Assembly (NCBI GenBank): GCA_040881945.1 | Contig: JBBECF010000157.1 | Span: 13,301 to 77,300 of the forward strand | Source: Dongiaceae bacterium | GTDB lineage: Bacteria > Pseudomonadota > Alphaproteobacteria > Dongiales > Dongiaceae | Length of the DNA stretch: 64,000 nucleotides | Direction of reading: 5' to 3' | In this document: piece after piece, positions 40,987 to 50,555 of the stretch | How positions within the stretch are numbered: the stretch's first letter is position 1 | How the letters are laid out: every line of letters starts with the position of its first letter | Notes under the pieces: model-generated | The model's database searches: none | Told to the model about the DNA's origin: nothing | Seen by the model: only the letters and a program-made list of their open reading frames with translations | Program-made: the position numbers and the translations under genes

Positions 40987-43370
40987 CCGAGACACAGCGC
41001 GGCGGCGGCGCGCAGGACGGCATCGACGTCCAGCCCGTAGAGCCGGTACAGGTCGGGGATGTCGCCCGACTGCCCGAAACGGTCGACGCCCAGGGCCTGC
41101 ACCCGATGGCGGGCTACGGCGCCAAGCCAGGCCAGGCTCGCCGGGTGTCCGTCGATGATCGTCACCAACCCGGCATCGGGCGCCAGTTCGGCGAGCAGCC
41201 GTTCGACTTGCGCCGGCGCCGCGGGCCGGCCCGCGGCGCGCGCCTGCTGAGCATGTCGCCAGCCGGCGTACAGGCGGTCCATCGAGGTCACCGCGAGCAG
41301 CCCGGCTCCGGGTATGTCCTCGAGGATTTGCCGGTGCCCTTCGATCGCCTCCGGCGCCACCGCGCCGGTGTAAACGATGGCCAGCGACGCGTCGCGCTCC
41401 GGCGGCACCAGCCAGTACCCGCCGGCGACCACGCCGTCACGCAGCGCCGGGGTCATCGTCCGGCGCGTTTGGTCGACCGGCCGCGTCGACAGGCGCAGAT
41501 AGACCGAACCGCCGTCGTCGGCCTGCATGTGGCGGAAGGCCCAGGCCATGATCGCCGCCAGCTCGTCGCCGAAGGCCGGTTCGAACCCGGTCAGCCCGGG
41601 CAGGCCCAAGCCGATCAGCGGCGTCACGATGGACTGGTGGGCGCCGCCCTCCGGCGCCAGGGTGAGGCCGGATGGCGTGGCGACGAGCAGAAAGCGCGAG
41701 TCCTGGTAGAGCGCGTAGTTGAGCGCGTCCAGCCCGCGCATGATGAAGGGATCGTACAGCGTGCCGACCGGAAGCAGGCGCGCGCCGAACAACGGACCGG
41801 CCAGACCGAGCGCGGCAAGCAGGGTAAAGAAGTTGTGCTCGGCGATGCCGAGCTCGATGTGCTGGCCTTCCGGCGACATCGACCAGCGCTGGGCCGAGAC
41901 CACCTTCTCCTCGCGGAACACGTCCTTGCGGCGCTGGCGATCGTAAACGCCGCGCCGGTTGACCCAGGCGCCGAGGTTGGTCGAGACGGTGACGTCGGGC
42001 GAGGTGGTGACGAGGCGCGCGGCGAAGGCGTCGTCGCGGCGGGCGATTTCGCCGAGGATGCGACCGAACGCCTCCTGCGTCGACTGCCGCTCGCCCGTCG
42101 CGGCCGGCAGGTCGTCGGGCACCGGTACCGGTGCCGCCGCGTGGCGGCGCGAACCGCCGGCGACGAACGGCACCGCGGCGAGGAACCGCCCCAGCGCCTC
42201 GGGCGGGACATCGAGCCCGGCGAAGCGGTCCCATTCGGCGCCCTCCGGCACGCCCATGCTGCGCTGGAACAGCGCCATCTGCTCGAGGTTCATCAGCCCG
42301 GCGTGATTGTCCTTGTGGCCGGCGAAGGGCAGGCCGGACCCCTTGATCGTGTAGGCGATGAAGCAGACCGGCTCGTCGCCGGCGACCCCGTGCATCGCCT
42401 CCAGCACCGACTCCAGATCCTGGCCGGCCAGGTTGGTCATCAGCGCGTGCAGCGCGGCATCGTCGTGGCCGTCCAGCAGCTCCGCGAGTCCGGCCGTGTC
42501 GCCGAGGTCGCGCCGCAGATGCTCGCGCCAGCCGGCGCCGCCCTTGAAGGCGAGGGCCGAATAGAGCGAGTTCGGGCAGTCGTCGATCCAGCGCTTGAGC
42601 GCCTCGCCGCCGGGCCGCGTGAAGGCCGCCTCGAGCCGCTTGCCGTACTTCAGCGTGACGACGCGCCAATCCATGGCGTGGAACAGCCGGTCGATCCGGT
42701 GAAACAGGCGGTCCGAAACGATGCTGTCCAGGCTCTGCCGGTTATAGTCGATCACCCACCACAGGTTGCGCAGGTCGTGTTTCCAGCCCTCGAGCATCGC
42801 CTCATAGACGTTGCCTTCGTCGAGCTCGGCGTCACCAACCACGGCGACCATGCGCCCGGGCGGCTGAGTCTGTGGGGCCAGCCCCTTGAGCCGCACGTAA
42901 TCCTGCACCAGGGCGGCGAAGCTGGTCATCGCCACGCCGAGACCGACCGAACCGGTCGAGAAGTCGACGTCGTCGCTGTCCTTGGTGCGCGACGGATAGG
43001 ACTGCGCCCCGCCCAGCCCGCGGAAGGCCTCCAGCTTGTCGCGCGTCTGGCGGCCCAGCAGGTACTGGATGGCGTGGTAAACCGGGCTGGCATGGGGCTT
43101 CACCGCGACCCGGTCCTGCGGCCGCAGGACGTCGAAATACAGCGCCGTCATCAGCGTCGCCACCGAGCTGCTCGAGGCCTGATGGCCGCCGACCTTGAGG
43201 CCGTCGCGGCTCGGCCGCAGGTGGTTGGCGGCGTGGATCATCCAGGTCGAGAGCCACAGCACCTTGCGCTCGAGCGCGCGCAGACAGGCGAGCCGGTCGG
43301 CCGCGGGGCCGGCCGCCGCGGCCGGGTGCGAGGCAAGGGTGCCGGAAGGGGTCATCGGGCGGCGGATCAT
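40983..43370 (-). CDS. Transketolase-like / homodimeric pyruvate dehydrogenase E1-family ThDP enzyme (orphan, no E2/E3 nearby)
   Basis: 795 aa with VGGHQASSSSVATLMTALYF, GSVGLGV, VVGDAELDEGNVYEA (the ThDP GDG-type motif region), and pyrimidine-binding and C-terminal domains. Confidence 0.7.
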   Translation of the reverse strand: MIRRPMTPSGTLASHPAAAAGPAADRLACLRALERKVLWLSTWMIHAANHLRPSRDGLKVGGHQASSSSVATLMTALYFDVLRPQDRVAVKPHASPVYHAIQYLLGRQTRDKLEAFRGLGGAQSYPSRTKDSDDVDFSTGSVGLGVAMTSFAALVQDYVRLKGLAPQTQPPGRMVAVVGDAELDEGNVYEAMLEGWKHDLRNLWWVIDYNRQSLDSIVSDRLFHRIDRLFHAMDWRVVTLKYGKRLEAAFTRPGGEALKRWIDDCPNSLYSALAFKGGAGWREHLRRDLGDTAGLAELLDGHDDAALHALMTNLAGQDLESVLEAMHGVAGDEPVCFIAYTIKGSGLPFAGHKDNHAGLMNLEQMALFQRSMGVPEGAEWDRFAGLDVPPEALGRFLAAVPFVAGGSRRHAAAPVPVPDDLPAATGERQSTQEAFGRILGEIARRDDAFAARLVTTSPDVTVSTNLGAWVNRRGVYDRQRRKDVFREEKVVSAQRWSMSPEGQHIELGIAEHNFFTLLAALGLAGPLFGARLLPVGTLYDPFIMRGLDALNYALYQDSRFLLVATPSGLTLAPEGGAHQSIVTPLIGLGLPGLTGFEPAFGDELAAIMAWAFRHMQADDGGSVYLRLSTRPVDQTRRTMTPALRDGVVAGGYWLVPPERDASLAIVYTGAVAPEAIEGHRQILEDIPGAGLLAVTSMDRLYAGWRHAQQARAAGRPAAPAQVERLLAELAPDAGLVTIIDGHPASLAWLGAVARHRVQALGVDRFGQSGDIPDLYRLYGLDVDAVLRAAAALCLG

Positions 43371-43478
43371 ATCCGCCGCGTACCATATAGGGGCGGGGGA
43401 CGCCCGGAAAGAGGGGCGACGCCCGGCGCGCGACCCCGCTTCTGCCCCGGTGCGACGGCGCGCCGGCGGCGTTCGGGT

Positions 43479-43754
43479 CTAGGCGCTGACGAGCTCCGGG
43501 AAGTGCTCGGTGAAGGTCTCGACGCTGAGCATCCGAACGCCCTCCGTCAGGCGGCGGTGGCCGGGACTCTCGAAGCTCACGTCGAAGCGGACATGCGGGA
43601 TGCCGAACCGGTCCGCGGTCAGGGCCAGCACCTTCGCCGTCTCGACGAAATTGTCCGGGCGGATCTTGCGGAACACCGCACCGGGCGCGATGTCCGCCTT
43701 GCGCGGCTCGCCCCTGGACAGCCAGCTTCCGATCTTCAGCCCATACCTGGTCAT
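43479..43754 (-). CDS. Hypothetical small protein (91 aa)
   Basis: The internal ATG 43754 has AAGGA about 9 nt upstream. The downstream part is protein-like (MTRYGLKIGSWLSRGEPRKADIAPGAVFRKIRPDNFVETAKVL...). I cannot assign a family. Confidence 0.45.
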   Translation of the reverse strand: MTRYGLKIGSWLSRGEPRKADIAPGAVFRKIRPDNFVETAKVLALTADRFGIPHVRFDVSFESPGHRRLTEGVRMLSVETFTEHFPELVSA

Positions 43755-44005
43755 GACACGATCCTTTGTCTTTCCTGATCCTGTCACCCTAGAATGGCCG
43801 CTGACCCTTAAGAATTGTTGAAATTCGGCCGACCGCGGCCGGGTTTTTCGGCCGGCGGCCGGGGCGCGGCATACCCCTGTACTGGCGGAGACTGGCGTGG
43901 CGGCGGGTCGCAATGTCGAACCGCAAACAACGTAAGTAATAGTCGAAATTGAGACGAAATCGAACCGCCGGTCGCGACGGGGGAAGGCCTGCGGCGCCGC
44001 CTCGC

Positions 44006-45505
44006 TCACCAGCCGGCGGCCTCGTCGCGCAGCCGCCGCAGCACCGCCGGCAGCGCCGCCGGCAGGTCCTCGGCGATCAGGCCGGGGCCGATTTCGGCCG
44101 CCGCCGCCCCCTGCAGCCAGGCCGCGGCCGAGGCCGCGTCGAACGCGCCCATGCCCTGCGCCAGCAGCCCGGTCGCGAGGCCGGCCAGCACGTCGCCGCT
44201 GCCGGCCGTCGCCAGATCGGGCGGGGCGTTGGCGTTGATGCGCGCCGCGCCGCCGGGGTCGGCAATCACGCTGTCGGCCCCTTTGAGCAGCACCGTCGCC
44301 CGGCTTTCGCGGGCCGCTTGGCGCGCGCGCTCGACCTTGCCGCCCGCCGCGCCGACGGCAGGGAACAGGCGCCGAAATTCGCCTTCATGGGGCGTGAGCA
44401 GGCAGGGCGAGCGGATGGCCGCGAACAGCGCCTGCGGATCGGCCGCGAAGACGGTCAGGGCGTCCGCGTCGAGCACGCAGGCCTTGCCGGCCGCGAGGGC
44501 CGCCAGGGCGCGCTCGCGCGTGGCGGCCGAAGCGCCGTTGCCGGGGCCGATCAGGACGGCGTTGCGGCGCTCGTCGGCGAGCAGGGCGGCGAAGTCGGCG
44601 GCGTCGACCAGGGCCCAGATGAGCGCGCCGGGGGCGTCGTTGGCGTAGAGCGCGACCGCCGCGGGCGGCGCGGCCACCGTCACCAGCCCGGCGCCGACGC
44701 GGCGCGCGGCGCGCGCCGCCAGCCGCCCGGCCCCGGTCATGACCGCCCCGCCGACCACGACCGCGTGGCCACGGCTGTATTTGTGGTCCTCCGCCCGCGG
44801 CCAAGGGAAACGGTCGAGCCACAGGATTGGGTCGTTCTCGTGCAGCCGGGGGCGGATGTCGTCGAGCACGTTTTCCGGAATGCCGATGTCGGCGACAACG
44901 ACGCGGCCGGCAAGGACGCGGCCGGGCAGCAGCAGGTGTCCCGGCTTGCGCCGGAAGAACGTCACGGTCAGGGCGCAACGGGCGGCGGCGCCGAGGACCA
45001 GGCCGCCGTCGCCGTGGACGCCGCTCGGGACGTCGACGCCGACGCAAACCAGGCCGCGCGCGTTTGCGGCCTCGATCGCGCGCCGCGCCGCGCCCTCGAC
45101 CGGCCGGGCGAGACCGGCGCCGAACAGGGCGTCAACAACCAGCGGATCGCCGTCCGGCAGACCCTCGCCCAGCGGCTCCACCGGCCCGCCCCAGCGCGAA
45201 GCGGCGCCGGCGGCGTCGCCGGGCAACTTCGCCTTGTCGCCGTAGAGGGCCACCCGCACCGGCCAACCGGCCTCGCGCAGGCGGCGCGCGACGACGAATC
45301 CGTCGCCGCCGTTGTTGCCGGGCCCGCACAGCACGACCGTTTCGCGCCGCGACCAGCGCGCGAGGATCTCGTTCGCCACCGCGCCGCCGGCCGACTCCAT
45401 CAGCGCTTCGCCGGGAACGCCGGCGGCGATCGCCGCCGCCTCGGCGCGCGCCATCTCCGCGACGGTGAGCAGCGCCACTTCATGGGCGGAACGCGCGCCG
45501 GTCAT
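44006..45505 (-). CDS. nnr: Bifunctional NAD(P)H-hydrate repair enzyme (epimerase / ADP-dependent dehydratase)
   Basis: YjeF_N motif LCGPGNNGGDGFVVARRL and a C-terminal carbohydrate-kinase motif GSGDVLAGL. Confidence 0.85.
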   Translation of the reverse strand: MTGARSAHEVALLTVAEMARAEAAAIAAGVPGEALMESAGGAVANEILARWSRRETVVLCGPGNNGGDGFVVARRLREAGWPVRVALYGDKAKLPGDAAGAASRWGGPVEPLGEGLPDGDPLVVDALFGAGLARPVEGAARRAIEAANARGLVCVGVDVPSGVHGDGGLVLGAAARCALTVTFFRRKPGHLLLPGRVLAGRVVVADIGIPENVLDDIRPRLHENDPILWLDRFPWPRAEDHKYSRGHAVVVGGAVMTGAGRLAARAARRVGAGLVTVAAPPAAVALYANDAPGALIWALVDAADFAALLADERRNAVLIGPGNGASAATRERALAALAAGKACVLDADALTVFAADPQALFAAIRSPCLLTPHEGEFRRLFPAVGAAGGKVERARQAARESRATVLLKGADSVIADPGGAARINANAPPDLATAGSGDVLAGLATGLLAQGMGAFDAASAAAWLQGAAAAEIGPGLIAEDLPAALPAVLRRLRDEAAGW

Positions 45506-46284
45506 GGGCGGCCGGCGGCGCGCCGGAACGCTTCGACCTCAACGCGGGCCGCTTCGCGCAACAGCACCACGTCGGCGCCGGTGAACACGAAGTCGTAGCC
45601 GGCGGCGAACAGCGCGGCGACGTCGCGACCCGCGGTCACGAAGCCGCTCAGGAGCTTGCCGCCGCGCTTCACCGCGGCCTCGACCGCGGCGATCGCCTTC
45701 GTCACGTCGGGATGGTCCGGCTCACCGATGTGGCCGAGGTCGGTGGACAGGTCGTAGGGTCCGATGAACAGCATGTCGACGCCGTCGACGGCGACGATCT
45801 CGTCAATCCGTTCGACAGCCGCGGCGGATTCGATCAGGCAGATGATCAATAGCGCCGCGTCCGCCCCCTCCAGATACTCCGCCGCGCGAAATCCATAGCC
45901 GGAGGCGCGCACGATCGGGACTGCCATGCCGCGCAGGCCGGCGGGCGGATAGCGGCAGGCGGCTACGGCGGCGCGCGCCTCGGCCGCGCTGGCTACCGCC
46001 GGCACCATGACGCCGTCGACTCCGATGTCGAGGGTGCGCTTGAACTCCACCGGATCGTTGGCCGGCACCCGCACCAACACCGCACAGGGAGTCGTCCGGA
46101 TCGCCCTGACCATGGCGACGACGTCGCCCAAATCGGCGGGGCTGTGCTCGCGGTCGATCATCAGGCCGTCGTAACCGGCCAGCGCCATCACCTCGGCGAC
46201 CGTCGGGCTACCCGACGCCAAGATACAGCCCAGGGCGCGCCGGCCCGCCGCCAGCCGGCCCTTCAGTTCGTTCCGGTGCGTCAT
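45502..46284 (-). CDS. HpcH/HpaI family aldolase
   Basis: DGLMIDREHSP, VLVRVP, GVDGVMVP, IESAAAVERIDEI and FIGPYDLS. Start at the internal ATG 46284. Confidence 0.8.
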   Translation of the reverse strand: MTHRNELKGRLAAGRRALGCILASGSPTVAEVMALAGYDGLMIDREHSPADLGDVVAMVRAIRTTPCAVLVRVPANDPVEFKRTLDIGVDGVMVPAVASAAEARAAVAACRYPPAGLRGMAVPIVRASGYGFRAAEYLEGADAALLIICLIESAAAVERIDEIVAVDGVDMLFIGPYDLSTDLGHIGEPDHPDVTKAIAAVEAAVKRGGKLLSGFVTAGRDVAALFAAGYDFVFTGADVVLLREAARVEVEAFRRAAGRP

Positions 46285-46325
46285 CGCTGCCTTCCTGTTT
46301 CCCGGTGGCCGGAGTCGCGCCGCCG

Positions 46326-47960
46326 TCAATTGGCCAGCACGATGCAGTCGCCGCCGGGCGTACGCTGCTTGATCTCCGCGCAGACCGCGTCGGCGGCGGC
46401 GCGGCTGTCCATCGGGCCCGCGTAAACACGGTACCAGACGCCCTTCTCGGCTCCGAGATCGACCTCGGTGAGCGTCGGCCCGTAGGGCTGCAGCAGATCC
46501 GGATAGCGCGCCAGCAGCTCGCGCCACGACCGCTGCGCCAACTCCGGCGAGGGCAGCGAGGACAGCCAAATGCGATAACCGCGGTTCGCGGACGGCTGCG
46601 CCACGGCGCGCGGGGCGGTCGCAGCCGCTTCGACGGCCGGCACTTCGGGGGCCGCGGCAGGCGTCGGCGCCGGTGGCGGCGTCGGCGGTAGAAGCGGTCC
46701 CGACAGCGGCGGCAGCGACAAGTTCGCCGTGGCCGTCGACTGGGCCGGCGGCGCATCGGCGGCTGCGGCCGGCGCCGCCGGAAGCGGCGCGGCGGGTGGC
46801 TTCGGCTCCTCGCCCCGGCCGATGTCGGCGGACAGCGGCGGCAGCGACGGCAGCGAGACGGCGACCTGGACCCGCGGTACTTCGGCAGGCGGCGGGGTTG
46901 CGGCCGGCGTCGGCGTTACCAAAGGCGGCGCCGGAGCCGGCGGCGTTTCGATCGCCGCCGGGACAGGTTTTTGCGGCGCCGGCGCCGGCGACAGCAGCGC
47001 CCCCGCGCTTGCCACGGTTGCCGAAAGCGGCGGCAGCGACGGGACCGGAGGTGCGACTCGGGCCTGTGGCTTTTCCACTGGTGGCGGCAGAGCTTGCGCC
47101 ACCGGCTTCTCACGCCGTGGCAAGTCGGATGCGGCCACTTGCGTCTGCGGCGCCGGGACGGGCGGCAACGGCGGCTCCGCCTGCGGCGTCTCGGTGGGCG
47201 CGGCCGCGGCAACCGTCGGTGGCGGTTCCGGCGTCGCCGGCGACGTCGGGGGCGGCAACGGCGCGGTCACGGTCGCCGCTTGCGCCGGCGCATCGTCGGC
47301 GTCTGCCGTTGGGGGCGGCGTACCGCCGGGCACGCCGCGCAGCGTGGCGAGCTGCTTTGCCGCCTGCGCATGACCCTGCGCCGCCGCACGCTCGTACCAC
47401 CCACGCGCCTCGACCTGGTTCGGCGCGACGCCGATGCCCAGCCGGTACATCTCGGCCGTGGCGAATTGCGCATCGGCAAGGTTCTGCTTGGCCGCCGCCT
47501 CGAACAGGCGCAAGGCCTCCCTGAAATCGCGCGGCGCGCCGTCGCCGCGATACAGCATCAATGCCAGGTTGAACTGGGCCATCGAATGCCCGGCGGCCGC
47601 CGCCAGCCGCCACAGCGCGGCGGCCAATTCGAGGTTCCGCGCGACCCCGCGGCCGGCGACGTACATCAATGCCAGGTTGCTTTGCGCCGCCGGCAACTCC
47701 TGCGCCGCGGCCGCGCGGTACCAGCGCACCGCCTCGGCGTCGTCCTGGCGGTCCACGCCGCGCCCCAGCTCGTACAGCAAGCCAAGACCGTGCTGCGCCC
47801 GCGCCTCGCCGGCCTCCGCCGCCGGCTGCCATTCGCGAAGGGCGGCGGCGTAGTCGCCGCTGTCATACGCTTTCAGGCCGGTCTGGTAGTCGGCCCGAAC
47901 GGGCGCCGCCGGCAACGCCCATGACAGCGCGGCGAACAAGAGGGCGCGCCAGATCTTCAT
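46326..47960 (-). CDS. Sel1-repeat (TPR-like) protein with Pro-rich linker and C-terminal SPOR domain
   Basis: Signal peptide MKIWRALLFAALSWALPAAP. There are about 5 Sel1 repeats (A.AQ..LG.[LM]Y..G.GV), a Pro/Ala-rich region of about 250 aa, and a C-terminal YRIWLSSLPSPELAQRSW...YRVYAGP SPOR-like fold. Confidence 0.8.
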   Translation of the reverse strand: MKIWRALLFAALSWALPAAPVRADYQTGLKAYDSGDYAAALREWQPAAEAGEARAQHGLGLLYELGRGVDRQDDAEAVRWYRAAAAQELPAAQSNLALMYVAGRGVARNLELAAALWRLAAAAGHSMAQFNLALMLYRGDGAPRDFREALRLFEAAAKQNLADAQFATAEMYRLGIGVAPNQVEARGWYERAAAQGHAQAAKQLATLRGVPGGTPPPTADADDAPAQAATVTAPLPPPTSPATPEPPPTVAAAAPTETPQAEPPLPPVPAPQTQVAASDLPRREKPVAQALPPPVEKPQARVAPPVPSLPPLSATVASAGALLSPAPAPQKPVPAAIETPPAPAPPLVTPTPAATPPPAEVPRVQVAVSLPSLPPLSADIGRGEEPKPPAAPLPAAPAAAADAPPAQSTATANLSLPPLSGPLLPPTPPPAPTPAAAPEVPAVEAAATAPRAVAQPSANRGYRIWLSSLPSPELAQRSWRELLARYPDLLQPYGPTLTEVDLGAEKGVWYRVYAGPMDSRAAADAVCAEIKQRTPGGDCIVLAN

Positions 47961-48056
47961 GGAGCGGCCGCGCCGCCCGCGGAAAATGCCGTGCCCGATC
48001 ACCCGGCTACTATGCAGTCGTTCGCCGGCCAAGGCAACGCCGGGCAGGGCGCGCGG

Positions 48057-48458
48057 TCAATGGACTCGGTCGGGCGCCGACGCCTCGTCATCGCCCGGTC
48101 GCTCCGCGGTCGGCCCCGCCTGATGATGCACCATCTTCCAGCCGCTGCGCTCCCGGACGAAGACGTTGGTGGCGATCAGAATGTCGCTGCCGACCGCCTC
48201 GAAACAGGTGACGAACGCTGCATCCCCGAGAATGAATGCCCTGGCGCGGCGGCAGCGGATGGCCGGCGCGCTGCGGCTGCCGAGAATGCCGCGCCAGCTC
48301 TCCATCACGGCCTCGCGGCCATCGAGCAGCCCCCAACCGGGGTGGATGCAGGCGACCGGCGCCTCGCGCGCCCATAGCGCGTCCATCGCCGCCATGTCGC
48401 GGTCGGCGAAAGCGCGGTAGAAGGCCTCGTTGGCGAACAGCACGGTCTCGCGATCCAT
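48057..48458 (-). CDS. NTF2-like (SnoaL/DUF4440-type) protein
   Basis: 133 aa with ANEAFYRAFADRDMAAMDALWA ... ATNVFVRERSGWKMVHHQ. Confidence 0.7.
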   Translation of the reverse strand: MDRETVLFANEAFYRAFADRDMAAMDALWAREAPVACIHPGWGLLDGREAVMESWRGILGSRSAPAIRCRRARAFILGDAAFVTCFEAVGSDILIATNVFVRERSGWKMVHHQAGPTAERPGDDEASAPDRVH

Positions 48459-48557
48459 GGCCGGCTCGCCTCCGCTCAGGCTCTCCCGGAAGTCACGGGC
48501 GCCGGCCCGCTTGCGCTACGCGCCCCGGACCCGCGACGCGGTCGGACGGCGAGGAAT

Positions 48558-48635
48558 TGGGGCGAGTGATGGGAATTGAACCCATGACCTCCAGATCCAC
48601 AATCTGGCGCTCTAACCAACTGAGCTACACCCGCC
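48558..48635 (-). tRNA. tRNA-His (GTG) with genome-encoded G-1 opposite C73, CCA encoded
   Basis: Hand-folded: G GCGGGTG TA GCTC..GAGC G CCAGA TTGTGGA TCTGG AGGTC ATGGG TTCAATT CCCAT CACTCGC C CCA. Confidence 0.9.
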
Positions 48636-48770
48636 GCCGTGAAGCCGTTTGTGTAGTCCCGCCCCCGGCTCGGCGTCAAGCGATCCGCCGGGCCTCGCAT
48701 GGCGCTTCCGGTCGGCCGGCCTCTCGTTCTATGATCGCGCCATAGACAAGAAACTTTCGGGGGCGGACCG

Positions 48771-49988
48771 ATGAGGATGGCGAACAGCATGGGGCGGCTC
48801 GGCACGGAGTCCGCCTTCGAGGTGCTCGCGCGCGCCAAGGCGCTGGAGGCGGCGGGCCGGAGCATCATCAACCTCGGCATTGGGCAGCCGGACTTCCGCA
48901 CCCCCGACCATATCGTCGAGGCGGCCTGCAAGGCCCTGCGCGACGGCCACCACGGCTATACCCCGGCCAACGGCATCCCGGCGCTGCGCGAGGCGGTCGC
49001 CGCCGATCTGCACCGGCGCCACGGCGTCGATGTCGATCCGGGCCATGTGCTGGTCGTGCCGGGCGGCAAGGTGACGATGTTCTTCGCCGTCCTGATGTTC
49101 GGCGAGCCGGGCGCCGAAATCATTTACCCCAACCCCGGATTCCCGATTTACGAATCGGTGATCCGATTCAGCGGCGCCGAGGCGGTGCCGCTGCCGCTGC
49201 GCGAGGCCGACGACTTCGGCTTCAGCGCCGAAGCGGTGCTGGCACGCATCACGCCGCGCACGCGGCTGCTGATCCTCAATAGCCCGGCCAACCCGACCGG
49301 CGGCGTCGCCACGAAGGTCGAGATGGACAAGCTGGCGGCCGGGCTGGCGGCGCATCCGCATGTGGCGATCCTCAGCGACGAGATCTACAGCGAGCTGCTC
49401 TATGATGGCCGGCCGCATCTTAGCCTGTTGAGCTATCCGGCGCTGCGCGATCGTACGATCATGCTGGACGGCTGGAGCAAGACCTACGCCATGACCGGGT
49501 GGCGGCTCGGCTACGCGGTGTGGCCGGCGACGTTGATCGAGCACGCGACGCGGCTGGCGATCAATTGCCACTCCTGCGTCAACGCCGCGGCGCAATACGC
49601 CGGCATCGCCGCCCTCGAGGGACCGCAGGACGCCGTCGGTCGCATGGCCAAGGCCTTCGACGAGCGGCGCCGCATCGTCGTTGCCGAACTCAACCGGCTG
49701 CCGGGCGTGAGCTGCGTCGAGCCCGGCGGCGCCTTCTATGCGTTCCCCAACATTGCCGGCACCGGCCTGTCCGCCAAGAAGCTCGAGCTCGCGCTGCTGG
49801 AACAGGCTGGAGTCGCGACCGTCGCCGGCACCAGCTTCGGCGCCTATGGCGAGGGCTATCTGCGCCTTTCCTACGCCAACAGCGTGGAGAACATCATCGC
49901 CGCCATAAAGCGGATCGGTGATTGGCTTGTCGCCCAGGAGTCGGCCGCCGGAGGATCTGCTCAAAAAATCGGCAGTTTGGCGGGCTAA
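48771..49988 (+). CDS. Class I/II pyridoxal-phosphate aminotransferase (aspartate/aromatic type)
   Basis: INLGIGQPDF, GYTPANGIPALREA, NSPANPTGG, and SKTYAMTGWRLGY (PLP Lys). Confidence 0.85.
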   Translation: MRMANSMGRLGTESAFEVLARAKALEAAGRSIINLGIGQPDFRTPDHIVEAACKALRDGHHGYTPANGIPALREAVAADLHRRHGVDVDPGHVLVVPGGKVTMFFAVLMFGEPGAEIIYPNPGFPIYESVIRFSGAEAVPLPLREADDFGFSAEAVLARITPRTRLLILNSPANPTGGVATKVEMDKLAAGLAAHPHVAILSDEIYSELLYDGRPHLSLLSYPALRDRTIMLDGWSKTYAMTGWRLGYAVWPATLIEHATRLAINCHSCVNAAAQYAGIAALEGPQDAVGRMAKAFDERRRIVVAELNRLPGVSCVEPGGAFYAFPNIAGTGLSAKKLELALLEQAGVATVAGTSFGAYGEGYLRLSYANSVENIIAAIKRIGDWLVAQESAAGGSAQKIGSLAG

Positions 49989-50070
49989 TGGTCAGATTTT
50001 GCGCTTTACATCCGCTCCGATCGAATCATCGAACGGCCTTTGCCACGCCGCCGGCGCGCCGTTCGTCTGT

Positions 50071-50086
50071 TGGCATGAGACCTGCG
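50071..50086 (+). promoter_or_regulatory. Candidate sigma54 (-24/-12) promoter TGGCATGAGACCTGCG upstream of glnB
   Basis: GG and GC are separated by 10 nt, as in TGGCAC-N5-TTGCW. It lies 65 nt upstream of the glnB ATG. Confidence 0.4.
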
Positions 50087-50099
50087 GTGGACGCGCTGA

Positions 50100-50489
<390 letters not shown>

Positions 50490-50555
50490 CCGTTCACCGG
50501 CCGCCGCCGGCGGTTCGCCCTGGCGACCCCCCCCCAGCCCTTGAGGAACAGAAGC

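Noticed and set aside
43755-44005. Lower-GC 250-bp gap between the 91-aa ORF and nnr, as a possible ncRNA
   Set aside because: It contains only weak hairpins (for example GGCCGACCGCGGCCGGGTTTTTCGGCCGGCGGCCGG) and no clear promoter-terminator pair. It is more simply the promoter region of the small ORF plus the nnr 3' end.
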